From assembly GCA_045644165.1 (NCBI GenBank), contig JAZRGN010000002.1, forward strand, positions 41-64,040: a stretch of 64,000 bases of DNA, written 5' to 3'. Source of the DNA: Christensenellaceae bacterium. GTDB taxonomy: Bacteria > Bacillota > Clostridia > Christensenellales > Borkfalkiaceae. Below the pieces are notes generated by a model. It saw only the letters and a program-made list of their open reading frames with translations. It was not told where the DNA came from and ran no database searches. Both the position numbers and the translations under genes were made by a program. Of this stretch, positions 34,112 to 43,819 are shown piece after piece. Position 1 is the first letter of the stretch; each line of letters starts with the position of its first letter.

Positions 34112-35236
34112 ATGAAGAAGATTGCCATATTCGGGGGAACTTTTAACCCCGTTCACAACGAGCATATAGAAGTCGCCAAAAGTGCAGTAAAAGAACTAGG
34201 GCTAGACCGACTCTATATAATGCCGACCTATATATCCCCTCATAAAACGGATACGCCAGCATCAACCGAAGATAGGCTTAATATGCTTAATCTTGCGTTC
34301 GAGGGCGTGGATAAGGTAATCGTTAGCGATTTTGAAATTCAAAAACAAGGCACCAGTTACACCTATCAAACAGTGGAGCATTTTAAGGAAGAAGAGAACG
34401 CCGAACTATATTTTATAGTCGGTGGGGATATGCTAAAAGACTTCAAAACCTGGAAATATCCCGAGAGAATTTTATCGGCATGCACCCTTTGTGCTTTTGA
34501 TAGAGAGAATTCCAACGTAGACTTTGATTTTGAGAAAGAATATTTCTTAAAAACCTTTGGGAAAACCTTTATAACGCTAAATTATAAAGGAAAAGATTTA
34601 TCTTCTACTTTGGTTAGGGTATATAATTCTTTAGGTTTGGACATAAAATCTATGACAAGCGAAAAGGTTGCCGATTATATAAAGGAACGTAACCTTTATT
34701 TTGGAGATAAATACTCTCTGTTCATTAAAAAAAGCCTTCCAGAGAAAAGGCTAATTCACACGGCAAACGTTGTTGCCTTAGCGCTAGATAACGCCAAGAA
34801 GAACGGGCTTAGTAAAGAACAAGTTAGAATTTCAGCCACTCTTCACGATTGCGCTAAGTATATAGATTACAAGTCGGTGGAAGGATTTACTTTGCCAGAC
34901 GGCGTGCCTCAACCGGTGATTCACGCATTTTTAGGAAGTTTCGTGGCAGAGAAATATTTGGGCATTACCGATAAGGAAATATTAAACGCCATATGCTATC
35001 ACACTTCTGGTAGACCAAATATGAGTAAGTTAGAAAAGTTGATTTTCGTTGCCGACATGCTTGAAAAGGGCAGAAATTACCAGGGCGTTGATAAACTTAG
35101 AGAGTTTTTAAACGGCGATTTAGACACTTGTTTTAAAGAATGCCTAAAAGAAGAAATGATTCATTTGATAAATAAAAAAGAGTATATATACTCTTTGACG
35201 ATTGAAGCGTATGATTATTATATCGGCACGAAATAG
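34112..35236 (+). CDS. nadD: Fusion of nicotinate-nucleotide adenylyltransferase NadD and the HD-domain hydrolase YqeK
   Basis: N-terminus IAIFGGTFNPVHNEHIEVA (NadD). The C-terminal half has RLIHTANVVALA..ATLHDCAKY..ICYHTSG..VADMLE (YqeK-type HD domain). Confidence 0.85.
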   Translation: MKKIAIFGGTFNPVHNEHIEVAKSAVKELGLDRLYIMPTYISPHKTDTPASTEDRLNMLNLAFEGVDKVIVSDFEIQKQGTSYTYQTVEHFKEEENAELYFIVGGDMLKDFKTWKYPERILSACTLCAFDRENSNVDFDFEKEYFLKTFGKTFITLNYKGKDLSSTLVRVYNSLGLDIKSMTSEKVADYIKERNLYFGDKYSLFIKKSLPEKRLIHTANVVALALDNAKKNGLSKEQVRISATLHDCAKYIDYKSVEGFTLPDGVPQPVIHAFLGSFVAEKYLGITDKEILNAICYHTSGRPNMSKLEKLIFVADMLEKGRNYQGVDKLREFLNGDLDTCFKECLKEEMIHLINKKEYIYSLTIEAYDYYIGTK

Positions 35237-35263
35237 CCGTTAAAATACTTAAGGAGAAAAAAT

Positions 35264-35605
35264 ATGGATGCAAAAACCTTTGCAACGAAAGTTTGCGAAA
35301 TTTTAACCAATCACAAGGCTGAAGACGTTTTAATGATAGACGTTAAGGGCAAAACCGAAGTTGCCGATTATTACGTGGTAGCAGGTGGCCGTTCTATGAC
35401 GCACACCCGTGCGCTTATCGAACACGTAGACCAAGAAACGGAAAAGATAGGCTATTGTGCTATTAGAAGCGAAGGCGTTAGAGAAGGTAGATGGGCAGTT
35501 TTAGATTTTGGCGACGTAATAGTTCACATCTTCAACGACGAAACTAGACTTTTCTATCATTTAGAAGAACTTTTCGACAACGGTAAAAATATAACTAGAT
35601 TTTAA
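35264..35605 (+). CDS. rsfS: Ribosome silencing factor RsfS
   Basis: ..AEDVLMIDVKGKTEVADYYVVAGGRSMTHTRAL..WAVLDFGDVIVHIF.. Confidence 0.95.
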   Translation: MDAKTFATKVCEILTNHKAEDVLMIDVKGKTEVADYYVVAGGRSMTHTRALIEHVDQETEKIGYCAIRSEGVREGRWAVLDFGDVIVHIFNDETRLFYHLEELFDNGKNITRF

Positions 35606-35606
35606 C

Positions 35607-35846
35607 CTAAGAAGATTTTTTGAAGTAAATTCTATCGGCTAAATCGGGGTCGATTTCAATAGTTCTAACCGTTTTAGGCTTACGCTTTTTAATCTCCGTC
35701 GTTTTTTCTACTTCTTTTGGTGGTTGTCTTTTGTGCGAAGAAATTTTTAGGGTATAATAAAGGCTTTTAATACCAACAACTAAAATAAGGCTAATTATAA
35801 AAAACATACAGGTAAAAACCAAACCCAAAATAAAAGAAGGGAACAT
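35607..35846 (-). CDS. Possible small membrane protein (79 aa)
   Basis: One TM helix followed by a basic tail. No clear SD. The longer ORF-track version would overlap the next gene's start. Confidence 0.3.
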   Translation of the reverse strand: MFPSFILGLVFTCMFFIISLILVVGIKSLYYTLKISSHKRQPPKEVEKTTEIKKRKPKTVRTIEIDPDLADRIYFKKSS

Positions 35847-35933
35847 ATCTACATAATAATTGCCGTTTGGGTGCAAAAAACAAAAACATTTGCCCAAATT
35901 TGCAATATTAAAACGAATTAAACGGAGAGAGAT

Positions 35934-36758
35934 ATGGATAAAAAAGTTCCCGAAATTACTCAAGAACAACCAACGCTAACAATAACCGAAGTAACGCCCC
36001 TTGAAGAAGTTAAGGTGGAAACGCTACCTTCTTTTGCTGAAATATTAGGAAAAAGCGAGCGAAAATTAAAGCAAGAATTTTACCTATACAAGGTTAAAGA
36101 ACTTTTGCAAAAAATAGGGCTTTCTATCGAAAACGAGGCGACGCAAACGGAAATTCAAGCAAACGTCGACACGGCTTATAATTTAGGCATAAAGGATTTT
36201 TTAGTAACGCCGTTTTATCATTCCTTATTAAAAGGGTTAGGAGTTAAATATAGAAAGGGTATTTCACTATCAGTTGCAGTTGATTATCCTCTCGGCGAAA
36301 CGGAAATTAAAGGCAAGGTGGCAGGCGTTAAAGAGGCTTGCAAAAACGGCGCCGATAACGTTATGTGCTGTGTTCCTGAAAAAACGATAAAACTTGCTTG
36401 CATGTTTCAAGAAAGAAAAAAACTTATCAAATGTGGGAAGGCTAGCAAAAAGCCTTTTGGGATAATTGCTAAAGCGTCGTTAGAAAACGGAGAATTGCAA
36501 AAAATTCTTAAAAATACCGAGTGCGTAAAAAGTGATTTTATAGTTATCGAAGGGCATGGAACTGAGGCGTCTAAACTAAAAGATGCTATTGCTACGGCGA
36601 TTGCAAGTAAAGGAAGAAAAAGACTTTTTGTAATTAGCGACGTTGATTCGGTCGACCGATTAACCTTTTTAATGGAGGCGAAAATAGATAAAATATTTAC
36701 GCCTCACGCCAATGAAATCGCTCAACAGTTAAATAAATTGGCAACTTTACAAACTTAA
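35934..36758 (+). CDS. DeoC-like aldolase-fold protein, apparently missing the Schiff-base lysine context, with a ~70-aa N-terminal extension
   Basis: FLVTPFYHSLLKG..SLSVAVDYPLGETEIKGKVAGVKEACKNGADNVMCCV parallels the DeoC VCVNP..VIGFPLG..GA.EVD pattern. The place of DF[IV]KTSTG reads DFIVIEGHG. GGAGAGAG SD. Confidence 0.4.
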   Translation: MDKKVPEITQEQPTLTITEVTPLEEVKVETLPSFAEILGKSERKLKQEFYLYKVKELLQKIGLSIENEATQTEIQANVDTAYNLGIKDFLVTPFYHSLLKGLGVKYRKGISLSVAVDYPLGETEIKGKVAGVKEACKNGADNVMCCVPEKTIKLACMFQERKKLIKCGKASKKPFGIIAKASLENGELQKILKNTECVKSDFIVIEGHGTEASKLKDAIATAIASKGRKRLFVISDVDSVDRLTFLMEAKIDKIFTPHANEIAQQLNKLATLQT

Positions 36759-36769
36759 CCTAAAATCGC

Positions 36770-36797
36770 TTGCAAATTATTGCAAAAAGTATATAAT
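36770..36797 (+). promoter_or_regulatory. Promoter of the FMN leader and ribU
   Basis: TTGCAA-16 nt-TATAAT. Confidence 0.55.
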
Positions 36798-36818
36798 AAA
36801 ATTATCAACAATATTAAA

Positions 36819-36927
36819 ATTCTTTGGGGCAGGGTGAAATTCCCTATCGGCAGTCTAGTCTGCGAGCCGAAAGGCAGATACGGTTTAATTCCGTAACCGA
36901 CGGTTATAGTCCGGATGAGAAAAGAAT
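36819..36927 (+). promoter_or_regulatory. FMN riboswitch (RFN element)
   Basis: 7-bp P1 attcttt/aaagaat. Core GGGGCAGGGTGAAATTCCCTATCGGCAG..GCGAGCC..GGTTTAATTCCGTAACCGACGGTTATAGTCCGGATGAGA. Confidence 0.9.
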
Positions 36928-36954
36928 TTGGCGTTTTTGTGCGCTAGTTTTAAC

Positions 36955-36987
36955 ACGCTCCTTTGGATTTTAAAGGAGCGTTTCTTT
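36955..36987 (+). terminator. FMN riboswitch expression platform: hairpin sequestering the SD, followed by a T-rich tail
   Basis: acgctccttt-ggatttt-aaaggagcgt, then ttctttat immediately before the ATG. Confidence 0.65.
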
Positions 36988-37581
36988 ATGAAAAAAGTAT
37001 TCACCACTAAAAACATATCAGGCATGGCAGTATTCTCTGCTCTTTCATTCGTGATTTATCTTTTAGAAATACCAATCTTTGCAGGCACGCCGGCAAGTTT
37101 TTTAGAATTAGATTTTTCTAACGTGTTCGTTATGCTCGCAGGCTTTATGTATGGACCTATTCCAGCAATAATTATAACGGCAGTTAAAGAGGCTATACAT
37201 ATAAGTGTTGGAACTACTGGTGGCGTTGGTGAACTTGCTAATTTCATTATCACTTCGGCTTTCGTGCTAGTGCCATCTATCGTATATAGATATAAAAAAG
37301 GCTTTAAGACGGTTATAGTAACCCTTATTATCGCTTGTCTACTACAAACGGGCGTTTCACTTTTAGTTAATAAGTTTATTAACTTCCCGTTCTTTATGGG
37401 CAGTATTCCATTCGTTCCAAACGAAATTTCTAACAAGATGTTTTCTATGCTTTGGGGATACGTTTTGGCGTTCAACCTAATTAAGAGCGTGGCAATTTCC
37501 CTAGTAACCGTTCTACTTTACAAAAAGGTATCTTATTTATTTAAGAAAATCAATTTGCAAAACTGCGAAAAAGATGTATAA
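36988..37581 (+). CDS. ribU: Riboflavin transporter RibU/FmnP (ECF S-component)
   Basis: Polytopic 197-aa protein directly behind the FMN riboswitch. The ORF-track start at 36928 lies inside the riboswitch. Confidence 0.8.
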   Translation: MKKVFTTKNISGMAVFSALSFVIYLLEIPIFAGTPASFLELDFSNVFVMLAGFMYGPIPAIIITAVKEAIHISVGTTGGVGELANFIITSAFVLVPSIVYRYKKGFKTVIVTLIIACLLQTGVSLLVNKFINFPFFMGSIPFVPNEISNKMFSMLWGYVLAFNLIKSVAISLVTVLLYKKVSYLFKKINLQNCEKDV

Positions 37582-37984
37582 TGAATATATGGAAGTCATC
37601 TCTAACAGCAATTTACAAACGCAAGAAATAGCCTTTGAATATGCTAAAACCCTAAAAGAGGGCGACGTGGTGCTTTTATCTGGCGACTTAGGGGCAGGCA
37701 AAACGGAATTCGTTAAAGGCGTTGCAAAATATTTTGGGTTAGGCGAAGTTACGAGTCCAACCTACGCTTACCTCAACATTTACGGCGATTATATATATCA
37801 CTACGATTGTTATAGACTTTCTAGTGGGGAAGATGCCGAACTTTTAGGACTTACCGATTATTTTAATGGTAAAAATATTTGTTTTATCGAATGGGCAGAA
37901 AACGTTGCCGACGCACTTCCCGACAACTGCAAAAAGGTTTCCATTCAAAAAATCGACCAAAACACGAGAAAAATAACCTTATGA
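37574..37984 (+). CDS. tsaE: tRNA t6A37 biosynthesis ATPase TsaE
   Basis: LSGDLGAGKTEFVKG, TSPTYAY, HYDCYRL. Confidence 0.9.
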   Translation: MYNEYMEVISNSNLQTQEIAFEYAKTLKEGDVVLLSGDLGAGKTEFVKGVAKYFGLGEVTSPTYAYLNIYGDYIYHYDCYRLSSGEDAELLGLTDYFNGKNICFIEWAENVADALPDNCKKVSIQKIDQNTRKITL

Positions 37985-38589
37985 ATTATTTAGCAATAGA
38001 TACTAGTGGAAAAAACTTAATAGTCGCTTTATCTGCTAACGGAAAACTATATACTAAAAACGACACGGCAGGTGGAGTTACCCACGCAGTTGGGTTAATG
38101 CCTACTATTGAAAACCTTTTAGAAGAGGCTAACTTTACCCTAGACAAGGTAGATTTTTTTGCATGCGTAGTTGGTGCAGGTTCGTTCACGGGAATAAGAA
38201 TAGGCGTATCTACCGTAAAGGGTTTATGTTTTGCTTATAACAAACCGTGTTTAAGTATAACTTCGTTCGATACCCTTGCATATAATAAACAAGGCGAAAG
38301 GGTTTTAGCCGTTTTAGACGCTAAACACAACGGATTTTACGTTTGTGGATATCAAAATAACGAGGTTTGCTTATCGCCTAGTTACCTAATGGGCGAAGAC
38401 TTAATTAGGCTTGCGAACGAATATAAAATTGTTTCTAGCGACGATTTGCAAGCATTAGATTATACTAAGGTTAGCGTTCTAGACGGATTAATAAAAGCGA
38501 TAGATTGCAAAAAAGAGCAAGCGACTTTTGATTTAGAAAGTTTAGTTCCACTATACGTTAGAAAAAGTCAAGCAGAGGAAGGCAGATGA
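37981..38589 (+). CDS. tsaB: tRNA t6A37 biosynthesis protein TsaB
   Basis: MNYLAIDTSGKNLIVAL..GAGSFTGIRIGVSTVKG. ATGA overlap with tsaE. Confidence 0.9.
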   Translation: MNYLAIDTSGKNLIVALSANGKLYTKNDTAGGVTHAVGLMPTIENLLEEANFTLDKVDFFACVVGAGSFTGIRIGVSTVKGLCFAYNKPCLSITSFDTLAYNKQGERVLAVLDAKHNGFYVCGYQNNEVCLSPSYLMGEDLIRLANEYKIVSSDDLQALDYTKVSVLDGLIKAIDCKKEQATFDLESLVPLYVRKSQAEEGR

Positions 38590-39011
38590 GTTTTTTTTCA
38601 CTTGCTAAAACCGACGTAGACGAGTTGGCAACAATAACTAAAGATTTTAAAGACGGGTGGAACGCTCAAATGTTACTAGACGGCATAGAGAGTGGAAATC
38701 TTCTCGGCACGACTTATAAACTAGAAGGCAGAATCGTTGGGTTTGTAACATATTCGGTAAATCAAGATTTTGCCGAGATAGACGATATATTCGTAGTAAA
38801 GGAATATAGACAAAAATCAATTGCAAGTAATCTGTTGCAAGACTTAATAGAGAAATTAAAGGATAAAACTCAAAAGATTTTTCTAGAAGTTAGAACAAGT
38901 AACGTTTCAGCGATAAAACTATATAAAAAATTTGGATTTATCAAAGTTGGCGATAGAAAGAATTACTATAACGACGGCGAAAACGCATTGGTGCTTGTAA
39001 GGGAGATTTAA
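38586..39011 (+). CDS. rimI: Ribosomal-protein-alanine N-acetyltransferase RimI (GNAT)
   Basis: GNAT motif A (..VVKEYRQKSIASNLLQDL..) and its position after tsaB. Confidence 0.8.
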   Translation: MSFFSLAKTDVDELATITKDFKDGWNAQMLLDGIESGNLLGTTYKLEGRIVGFVTYSVNQDFAEIDDIFVVKEYRQKSIASNLLQDLIEKLKDKTQKIFLEVRTSNVSAIKLYKKFGFIKVGDRKNYYNDGENALVLVREI

Positions 39012-39045
39012 TACGGAAAACAATCGTTCTTCACAAAAGAAAGAT

Positions 39046-39711
39046 TTGTTGTTTTTACACGGATATTTATCTTGTGGAAATTCCTTTTATTTTCAAACGG
39101 AATATTTTAAGAACTTATTTAACGTTTACGCTCCCGACCTAACGGGATTTGGGGATAATAGATACATGCCCTATCCCTATTCGCTTGACGATTACGTTGA
39201 AAGCGTTTACAAATATATAAAAGATAATCGATTAGTAAAGCCACACGTTATCGCTCATTCGTTTGGGGCGAGAGTGGTTATAAAGGCAGTTAGTAAATAT
39301 CCCGAGTTGTTCGATAAAATAGTTATAACGGGTGGGGCAGGATTAAAGCCTAAGTGGTCGTTTAAGAAAGCAATAAAAAGAACGCTTTTTAAATTCCTAA
39401 AACTTTTCTTGCCTAAACGAAGATTAAAAAGGTTCTATTCTAAAGATTACCTTTCTCTATCCCCCGTAATGAAACAAAGTTTTATAAAAATAGTAAACGA
39501 GCATTTGGACGGATACATAAAGAGCATAAAAAATCAAGTTTTACTAATTTACGGACGAAAAGATAGGGAAACGCCTATTTATATGGCTAAAAAACTTCAC
39601 GAAGAAATTCAGGACAGTAAATTAACCGTTTATAATAATGCAGGGCATTTTGCTTTTATAGATTGCCCTAACAAGTTTAATATGGAGGTAAGAGAGTTTT
39701 TGCTCTCCTAA
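39046..39711 (+). CDS. Alpha/beta-fold hydrolase (TTG start; unusually short N-terminus)
   Basis: LFLHGYLS.., nucleophile elbow IAHSFGARV, C-terminal AGHFAF. Between the upstream in-frame stop (38998) and the TTG at 39046 there is no ATG, GTG or TTG. Confidence 0.7.
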   Translation: MLFLHGYLSCGNSFYFQTEYFKNLFNVYAPDLTGFGDNRYMPYPYSLDDYVESVYKYIKDNRLVKPHVIAHSFGARVVIKAVSKYPELFDKIVITGGAGLKPKWSFKKAIKRTLFKFLKLFLPKRRLKRFYSKDYLSLSPVMKQSFIKIVNEHLDGYIKSIKNQVLLIYGRKDRETPIYMAKKLHEEIQDSKLTVYNNAGHFAFIDCPNKFNMEVREFLLS

Positions 39712-39716
39712 GAAAA

Positions 39717-41390
39717 ATGTTTCCAACAAAACTAAAATCTTTTTCTCAAGTATTTGAGGTGGAAAACTTAACAATTTATTTAGTATTGGCAAGTATTAGT
39801 GCAATTCTATTGTTCTACGCAAGCCTAAAGTTTTTACTCGTTTTGCAACAAAGTGGATATAAGAGCAAGAAGTATTTTAAATGGTTAAGTGCAAGGGAAA
39901 CGCCATACCTATCTAGGCTAATGTTATTATGCTTATTAGGATTTTTATTCTTTATGGTGCTTGCAATGTCTTTTGCGCCTGTTGTGGGCGAAACTATTTC
40001 GTCATATTTCGGTTTTCTCGCATATTATTTATTTACGGTTTTATATATAAAAACAGAAAAGCACGTAAACGTTAAGGTTCCACTTAGAAAAACGAAAAGG
40101 CTAGTAAGATTAGCAGTAATTTATATTTTACTACTAGCTATCGTTAATTTTGCCGTTATGTTGCTACTTGATTATATCGCTTATTTATTAGGTAATAACG
40201 TCTTTGCGATTTTAAGATACGCTATCATTTGTGGATTGCCTATCTTAACCCCATATCTACTCTATTTGGGGCATTGTATTATTTCTCCGTTTGAAAAGAT
40301 ACTTTCTCGTTCATACGTAAACAGTGCAAAGAGAAAACTAAGCACCTCTTCCGTCCTAAAAATAGGAATAACTGGAAGTTACGCAAAGACTTCCACAAAA
40401 GAGATTTTAAAGACTATTCTTTCACAAAAATATAGAGTTTTAGCAACTCCTGCCTCGTATAATACCCCGTTAGGCATCGCGCTTACCGTTAGACAACTAG
40501 ATAGCACGCACGATATTTTTATTGCCGAAATGGGTGCAAGAAGCAAGGGCGATATTAAGGCGTTAGTTGATATAGTTAAGCCAATGTATGGCGTTATAAC
40601 GGGCATTAATAGTCAACATTTAGAAACTTTCGGTAGCCAAGAAAATATAATGGATACCAAATACGAATTGGTTGAGGGACTCGGTAAGGACGGCGAAGCG
40701 TTCTTTTCGGCAGATAATCAAGGTTCAAGGGAATTGTTTGAAAGATACGATGGAAACAAGTGTCTTGCAGGAAGAGCCCAAAACGGATTTTGTTACGCTA
40801 CCGACATAACCCTTGATTCTAGAGGAACGACCTTTACCCTCCACATCAACGGAGAAGAACCCGTGCAATGCACCACGGTATTACTAGGTAAGCATGCAGT
40901 AAGCAATATTTGTTTAGCGTCGGCGCTAGCTTACAAAATTGGTTTAACGCCAGAAGAAATCGCTAGTGGTATAAACAGAATTCAAACCTTAATGCACAGG
41001 TTAGAACTTTTACCTAATAATCGTGATATAATAATTATAGACGATAGTTATAATTCTAATCAGGACGGCGTAGTTGCGGCAATGGAGATTTTAGATACCT
41101 TCGAGGGTAGGAAAATCGTTCTAACGCCTGGGCTTGTAGAACTCGGCAAAATGGAAAGCGTTATAAATCTAGAATACGGAAAACTTCTCGCAAAGCACGC
41201 CGACTACGTTTACGTTATAGGAAAACATAACGCAGAAATGATAGTTAGTGGGTTAATAGATGGTGGAATGCCTAGAGAAAATATTAGATTTTCTAAGAGT
41301 TTAAATAAAGCCAACGAAGAATTGAACGGATTTTTACAAAAGGGCGACGTTGTATTGTTTGAAAACGATTTACCGGATAATTACACCTAA
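39717..41390 (+). CDS. murF: MurF-type Mur ligase (UDP-MurNAc-tripeptide--D-Ala-D-Ala ligase) with a ~200-aa polytopic N-terminal membrane domain
   Basis: Residues 1-200 form 5-6 hydrophobic helices. Then comes the Mur ligase core GITGSYAKTSTKE.., ..FIAEMGAR.., ..DDSYNSN... It lies immediately upstream of ddl. Confidence 0.75.
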   Translation: MFPTKLKSFSQVFEVENLTIYLVLASISAILLFYASLKFLLVLQQSGYKSKKYFKWLSARETPYLSRLMLLCLLGFLFFMVLAMSFAPVVGETISSYFGFLAYYLFTVLYIKTEKHVNVKVPLRKTKRLVRLAVIYILLLAIVNFAVMLLLDYIAYLLGNNVFAILRYAIICGLPILTPYLLYLGHCIISPFEKILSRSYVNSAKRKLSTSSVLKIGITGSYAKTSTKEILKTILSQKYRVLATPASYNTPLGIALTVRQLDSTHDIFIAEMGARSKGDIKALVDIVKPMYGVITGINSQHLETFGSQENIMDTKYELVEGLGKDGEAFFSADNQGSRELFERYDGNKCLAGRAQNGFCYATDITLDSRGTTFTLHINGEEPVQCTTVLLGKHAVSNICLASALAYKIGLTPEEIASGINRIQTLMHRLELLPNNRDIIIIDDSYNSNQDGVVAAMEILDTFEGRKIVLTPGLVELGKMESVINLEYGKLLAKHADYVYVIGKHNAEMIVSGLIDGGMPRENIRFSKSLNKANEELNGFLQKGDVVLFENDLPDNYT

Positions 41391-41445
41391 GCCTTAAATA
41401 ACTAAAAAACACCAAAGCGAAAAAATAAGTGGAGGTGTTTTTTTA

Positions 41446-42552
41446 ATGAAAAATATTGCAGTATTTTTTGGTGGAGAGTCTATAGAACACGAAATTTCCT
41501 GTATTACTGGGGTGCTAACTGTAAACTGTATAGACAAAACTAAATTTAATCCCATACCAATATTTATAAGCCACGACGGAAGTTGGTGGACTGGAGAAGA
41601 ATTAAGGGATATAGATTTTTATAAAAGCGTTAATTACAGTAAGATTAAAAGAGTTAGCATAGTCGCTGGAAGTAACCTTCTTTACCTAAATAAAGGTAAA
41701 AAGCAAAAACCAGTTTGTGAGATTGCTTGTGCCATAAATTGTCTACACGGAGAGCGAGGCGAGGACGGAAGTTTATACGGTTTTCTTAACCTTTGCAAAA
41801 TACCTTTAGTAGGGGCTCCGTTGTTTGCGTCGTCGCTTTCAATGAACAAATCTCAAACAAAGCTCGTTCTTAAAGGCTTGGGTGTTAAGAGTTTGCCATT
41901 CGTAAATGTTAAGAACAAAAACGATTATAGAATGGTGGAAAAGACTTTAGAGTTTCCTGTAATCGTTAAGCCCGATACGGGAGGCTCGAGCATAGGTATC
42001 TCGGTGGCTGAAAACGCCTTTGAACTAGAGAGGGCAATTTTAAGCGCATTAAGATACAGCAACGGGGCAATCGTTGAGCCTAAATTAAAAGATTTTACCG
42101 AGATAAACTGCGCTTGTTATAGTGCTAAAGGCGAATTTTGCGTTTCCGAATGTGAAAAGCCAATCTCTCATAGCGATATTCTTTCTTTTAACGAAAAATA
42201 TAAAAACGGCGAAAGGGAATTCCCTGCTAAAATAGATAAAAAAATATCCTCGAAAATAAAGCAAATAACGGCGAAAATATATAGGGCTTTAGGCTTTAGT
42301 GGAATTATTCGTGTAGACTTTATGGTCGCAAATAACGAAGTTTACGTAAACGAGATTAATTGCGTGCCTGGCTCGTTATCATATTATTTGTTCGTAAGAA
42401 CGCTAAAAGAATGGTCGGTGATACTAACTGATTTAATTAATCAATCTTTAGAAGATTACGCTCGTCAAACGACGCTTACTAAAAAATTTGATTCTGGAAT
42501 TTTAACCTTAACGGGCAGTAAGGGTGCAAAACGCTTGAAAAATAAGAATTAG
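41446..42552 (+). CDS. ddl: D-alanine--D-alanine ligase
   Basis: IAVFFGGESIEHEIS.., LHGERGEDGSLYGFL, ATP-grasp region, EINCVPG. Confidence 0.9.
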   Translation: MKNIAVFFGGESIEHEISCITGVLTVNCIDKTKFNPIPIFISHDGSWWTGEELRDIDFYKSVNYSKIKRVSIVAGSNLLYLNKGKKQKPVCEIACAINCLHGERGEDGSLYGFLNLCKIPLVGAPLFASSLSMNKSQTKLVLKGLGVKSLPFVNVKNKNDYRMVEKTLEFPVIVKPDTGGSSIGISVAENAFELERAILSALRYSNGAIVEPKLKDFTEINCACYSAKGEFCVSECEKPISHSDILSFNEKYKNGEREFPAKIDKKISSKIKQITAKIYRALGFSGIIRVDFMVANNEVYVNEINCVPGSLSYYLFVRTLKEWSVILTDLINQSLEDYARQTTLTKKFDSGILTLTGSKGAKRLKNKN

Positions 42553-42590
42553 TATGATAAAATGCAAAGGAAAAATCAAAGGAGTTACTT

Positions 42591-43802
42591 ATGGCTAAGA
42601 TTTTAATGAAAACCCCCCTCGTTGAAATGGACGGGGACGAAATGACCAGAGTCTTATGGCAATGGATTAAAGATATTTTAATCGTTCCTTTCGTTGATTT
42701 AAAAACTGAATATTACGATTTAGGACTTGTTGAAAGAGATAATACAGACGACCAAGTTACTATAGATAGCGCAAACGCAACCTTAAAATACGGCGTTGCC
42801 GTAAAATGCGCAACCATTACACCTAACAACCAAAGGGTTGAAGAGTATAATCTTAAAAAGATGTATAAAAGCCCTAATGGAACGATAAGAGCAATGCTTG
42901 ACGGAACCGTTTTCCGTGCGCCCATTTTAGTAGACGGCATTACTCCTTATATTCCTACTTGGAAAAAGCCGATAGTAATCGCTCGTCATGCATACGGCGA
43001 TATTTATAAAGCCGTTGATGGAAAGGCAGGCGAAGGCAAGGCAGAACTTGTTTATACCGATAAAGACGGAAACAAGATTACCCAAACGGTTTTCGATTTT
43101 AAGGACGGTGGGGTAGTATGTGCTATGCACAACACTGATAAGTCAATTGAAAGTTTTGCAAGGGCTTGCTTTAACTATGCTTTAGACCAAAAACTTCCTT
43201 TATGGTTTTCTACTAAAGATACTATTAGCAAGGTTTACGACGGTAACTTTAAGAGAATTTTTAACGAAGTTTACGAAAAAGATTATAAAGACGCCTTTGA
43301 AAAAGCAGGCATTGAGTATATGTATACCCTTATCGACGACGTCGTTGCGAGAATCGTTCGTAGTGAAGGTGGTATCGTTTGGGCGTGCAAAAATTATGAC
43401 GGCGACGTTATGAGCGATATGGTTGCTACGGCATACGGAAGTCTTGCTATGATGACTAGCGTTTTAGTATCTCCTCAAGGTATTTATGAATACGAGGCCG
43501 CTCACGGCACGGTTACTAGACATTATTATAAATATATAAAGGGCGAACAAACTTCAACTAACCCTGTGGCAACTATTTTTGCTTGGTCTGGGGCTTTGAA
43601 GAAAAGGGGAGAACTAGATAACCTTCCCGACCTTACTGCGTTTGGCGAAAAATTAGAAAAAGCAACCATACAAACTATTGAAAGTGGAAAGATGACGGGC
43701 GACCTAGTTGGCATCTTCAAAAAGGACGGTGTAGTTCCACAAAAACTAAATTCAAAGGAATTCTTACAAGCAATAGCAGAAAACCTTGAACAAATCCTTT
43801 AA
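42591..43802 (+). CDS. icd: NADP-dependent isocitrate dehydrogenase (eukaryote-like homodimeric type, ~400 aa)
   Basis: [20 protein letters not shown].., [22 protein letters not shown]. Confidence 0.9.
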   Translation: MAKILMKTPLVEMDGDEMTRVLWQWIKDILIVPFVDLKTEYYDLGLVERDNTDDQVTIDSANATLKYGVAVKCATITPNNQRVEEYNLKKMYKSPNGTIRAMLDGTVFRAPILVDGITPYIPTWKKPIVIARHAYGDIYKAVDGKAGEGKAELVYTDKDGNKITQTVFDFKDGGVVCAMHNTDKSIESFARACFNYALDQKLPLWFSTKDTISKVYDGNFKRIFNEVYEKDYKDAFEKAGIEYMYTLIDDVVARIVRSEGGIVWACKNYDGDVMSDMVATAYGSLAMMTSVLVSPQGIYEYEAAHGTVTRHYYKYIKGEQTSTNPVATIFAWSGALKKRGELDNLPDLTAFGEKLEKATIQTIESGKMTGDLVGIFKKDGVVPQKLNSKEFLQAIAENLEQIL

Positions 43803-43819
43803 TTAATCAATAGAAATAA

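Noticed and set aside
37056-37475. 139-aa minus-strand ORF.
   Set aside because: It is antisense to ribU, which is supported by the FMN riboswitch and an SD.
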